Origin: Catajapyx aquilonaris | Taxonomy: Eukaryota | Length of the DNA: 64,000 bases | NCBI GenBank assembly: GCA_000934665.2 | Contig: KZ538844.1 | Span: 1-64,000, forward strand | Reading direction: 5' to 3' | Part shown: positions 62,731 to 64,000 of the stretch, in pieces | Position numbering within the stretch: position 1 is the first letter of the stretch | How the letters are laid out: each line of letters begins with the position of its first letter | Program-made: the position numbers and the translations under genes | The notes under the pieces: generated by a model | What the model saw: only the letters and a program-made list of their open reading frames with translations | Told to the model about the DNA's origin: nothing | Database searches by the model: none

Positions 62731-64000
62731 GTGGTGTTGGGGCATTAAGCCTTGGAAACAATGACTTTTCAGTTGTTTTTTATGTTGTGGATTGGGGAGG
62801 GAAGGGATTGAAAGCTGGGGATTTCTTGGCAGGGGAAAATTTAAGTGAGAGAAAAAAAGAGACTGCAAGTGGAACCATCTTGAAGTGTTTCAAGTGTATT
62901 TTTTCACAATGTGAAACAAGTTTCAGCTGCTGTTCAGCCTTGAGAAATAAATGGGGGAAAAAATGTACAAGTTTTGTTTGCCTATCTAGCAATTAAGCAG
63001 CCTGGAAGAGAGACTACCATGATTATTCTAAGATAAGGAATCATTATGTTTACAGGACTGAAGTTGTTCCATTTAGAATGCTCCTCATGCAAAGAAATCC
63101 TTTCATGGTCATGAAACTGTCCAGCCTCCTTGAATCAAGCTTCTGACTCTCGTCACCTAGACATGCACTGTTACGAAGGGGAATGTTTTGAGTAGCTTCC
63201 TAGATAAACTACTGTTGAAAACTGGTGGGTTAATGGGTTGCCTTTAAATATAGCTTCAGGGAGGGAAGGAGGGTGGAGTTGGGCAGTTGGGAGGTTAGGG
63301 TGGCGCGCCAAATGAGACTGGGGTTTCAGCAGGCCGAAAAAAGTTTGTCAGCTTTTATAAGCGGTAGAACAAGAAGCAGCGTTTTGACTGGTGGGGTCTC
63401 AGATTTGTGTTACTTTATAACATGAACCCTTCCTCCTTCCAACTACCTCCCTAAACTTGCTAGTGATGAAAAAAGTTGATTGGCAGAAGAAGCAGCTGTT
63501 CCACACATTTGTAGCCACCCACTGCCAGTGTAAAGACAAGGGTAAGATTGTGATTTGTGGACTGTGAACATATCAACCCTTGGAAGTGCCACAGCTGGGA
63601 TCAACCATGGCCTGCAATTATCATTGCTTGTACTGCAAAGTTCTTTCAGAGGCACATGAAAACTTCAAGACCAACATGTTTTATTCCCAGTAAGTCTTCT
63701 GTGTAATTTTAATTACAAGTTATTCATGTTTACTAAGGGGTGGTTGTATGGACATGAGTCAAGGTTAACTTGAAGTCAGTTCTTGTGTACAATACATATA
63801 GAGATTATAGACTAACTCCATAGTTAACCTTAACTCATTTTCATACAACCTTACATAAGACTGAAACAGCTGAAATTAAAGGACGTGCATTAGGAAATGA
63901 CTTTTAGATCCCTGGTGAATTGGCAACATGAGAATTATTCTCGAAGGAGACATTTGTTAGTTTTTATGGCACTCCACCCTTGATGAACTATACTGTAAAT

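Overview
Eukaryotic genomic DNA, most likely an arthropod or insect. This is inferred from GT-AG introns, (TTAGG)n tracts, DRE motifs and an insect-type calpain N-terminus; the species cannot be determined. Four multi-exon genes can be spliced by hand into complete open frames: a classical calpain (minus strand, 15 exons, 723 aa), mitochondrial transcription factor B2 (plus, 4 exons, 464 aa), mitochondrial ribosomal protein L49 (plus, 4 exons, 186 aa) and glucosidase II alpha/GANAB (plus, 15 exons, 921 aa). Two weaker models lie on the minus strand: a 120-aa two-TM protein and a PGPGxY (sperm-tail type) protein. Introns and intergenic DNA are dense with tRNA-derived SINEs, hAT/Tc1-mariner/piggyBac/Harbinger-like MITEs, a decayed Helitron and many near-perfect fold-back elements. 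Main leads: (1) mariner fold-backs built from two 5' ends and from two 3' ends inside GANAB introns; (2) (CA)n-embedded TIR elements carrying telomeric TTAGG tracts; (3) an in-frame alternative GANAB acceptor at the position of the mammalian alternatively spliced insert; (4) a V-domain-like SINE and a chimeric SINE; (5) a five-level transposon nest; (6) a CpG-decay signature of gene-body methylation. No CRISPR array, rRNA or bona fide tRNA gene was found. All family assignments come from reading and recalled motifs; no database search was run.
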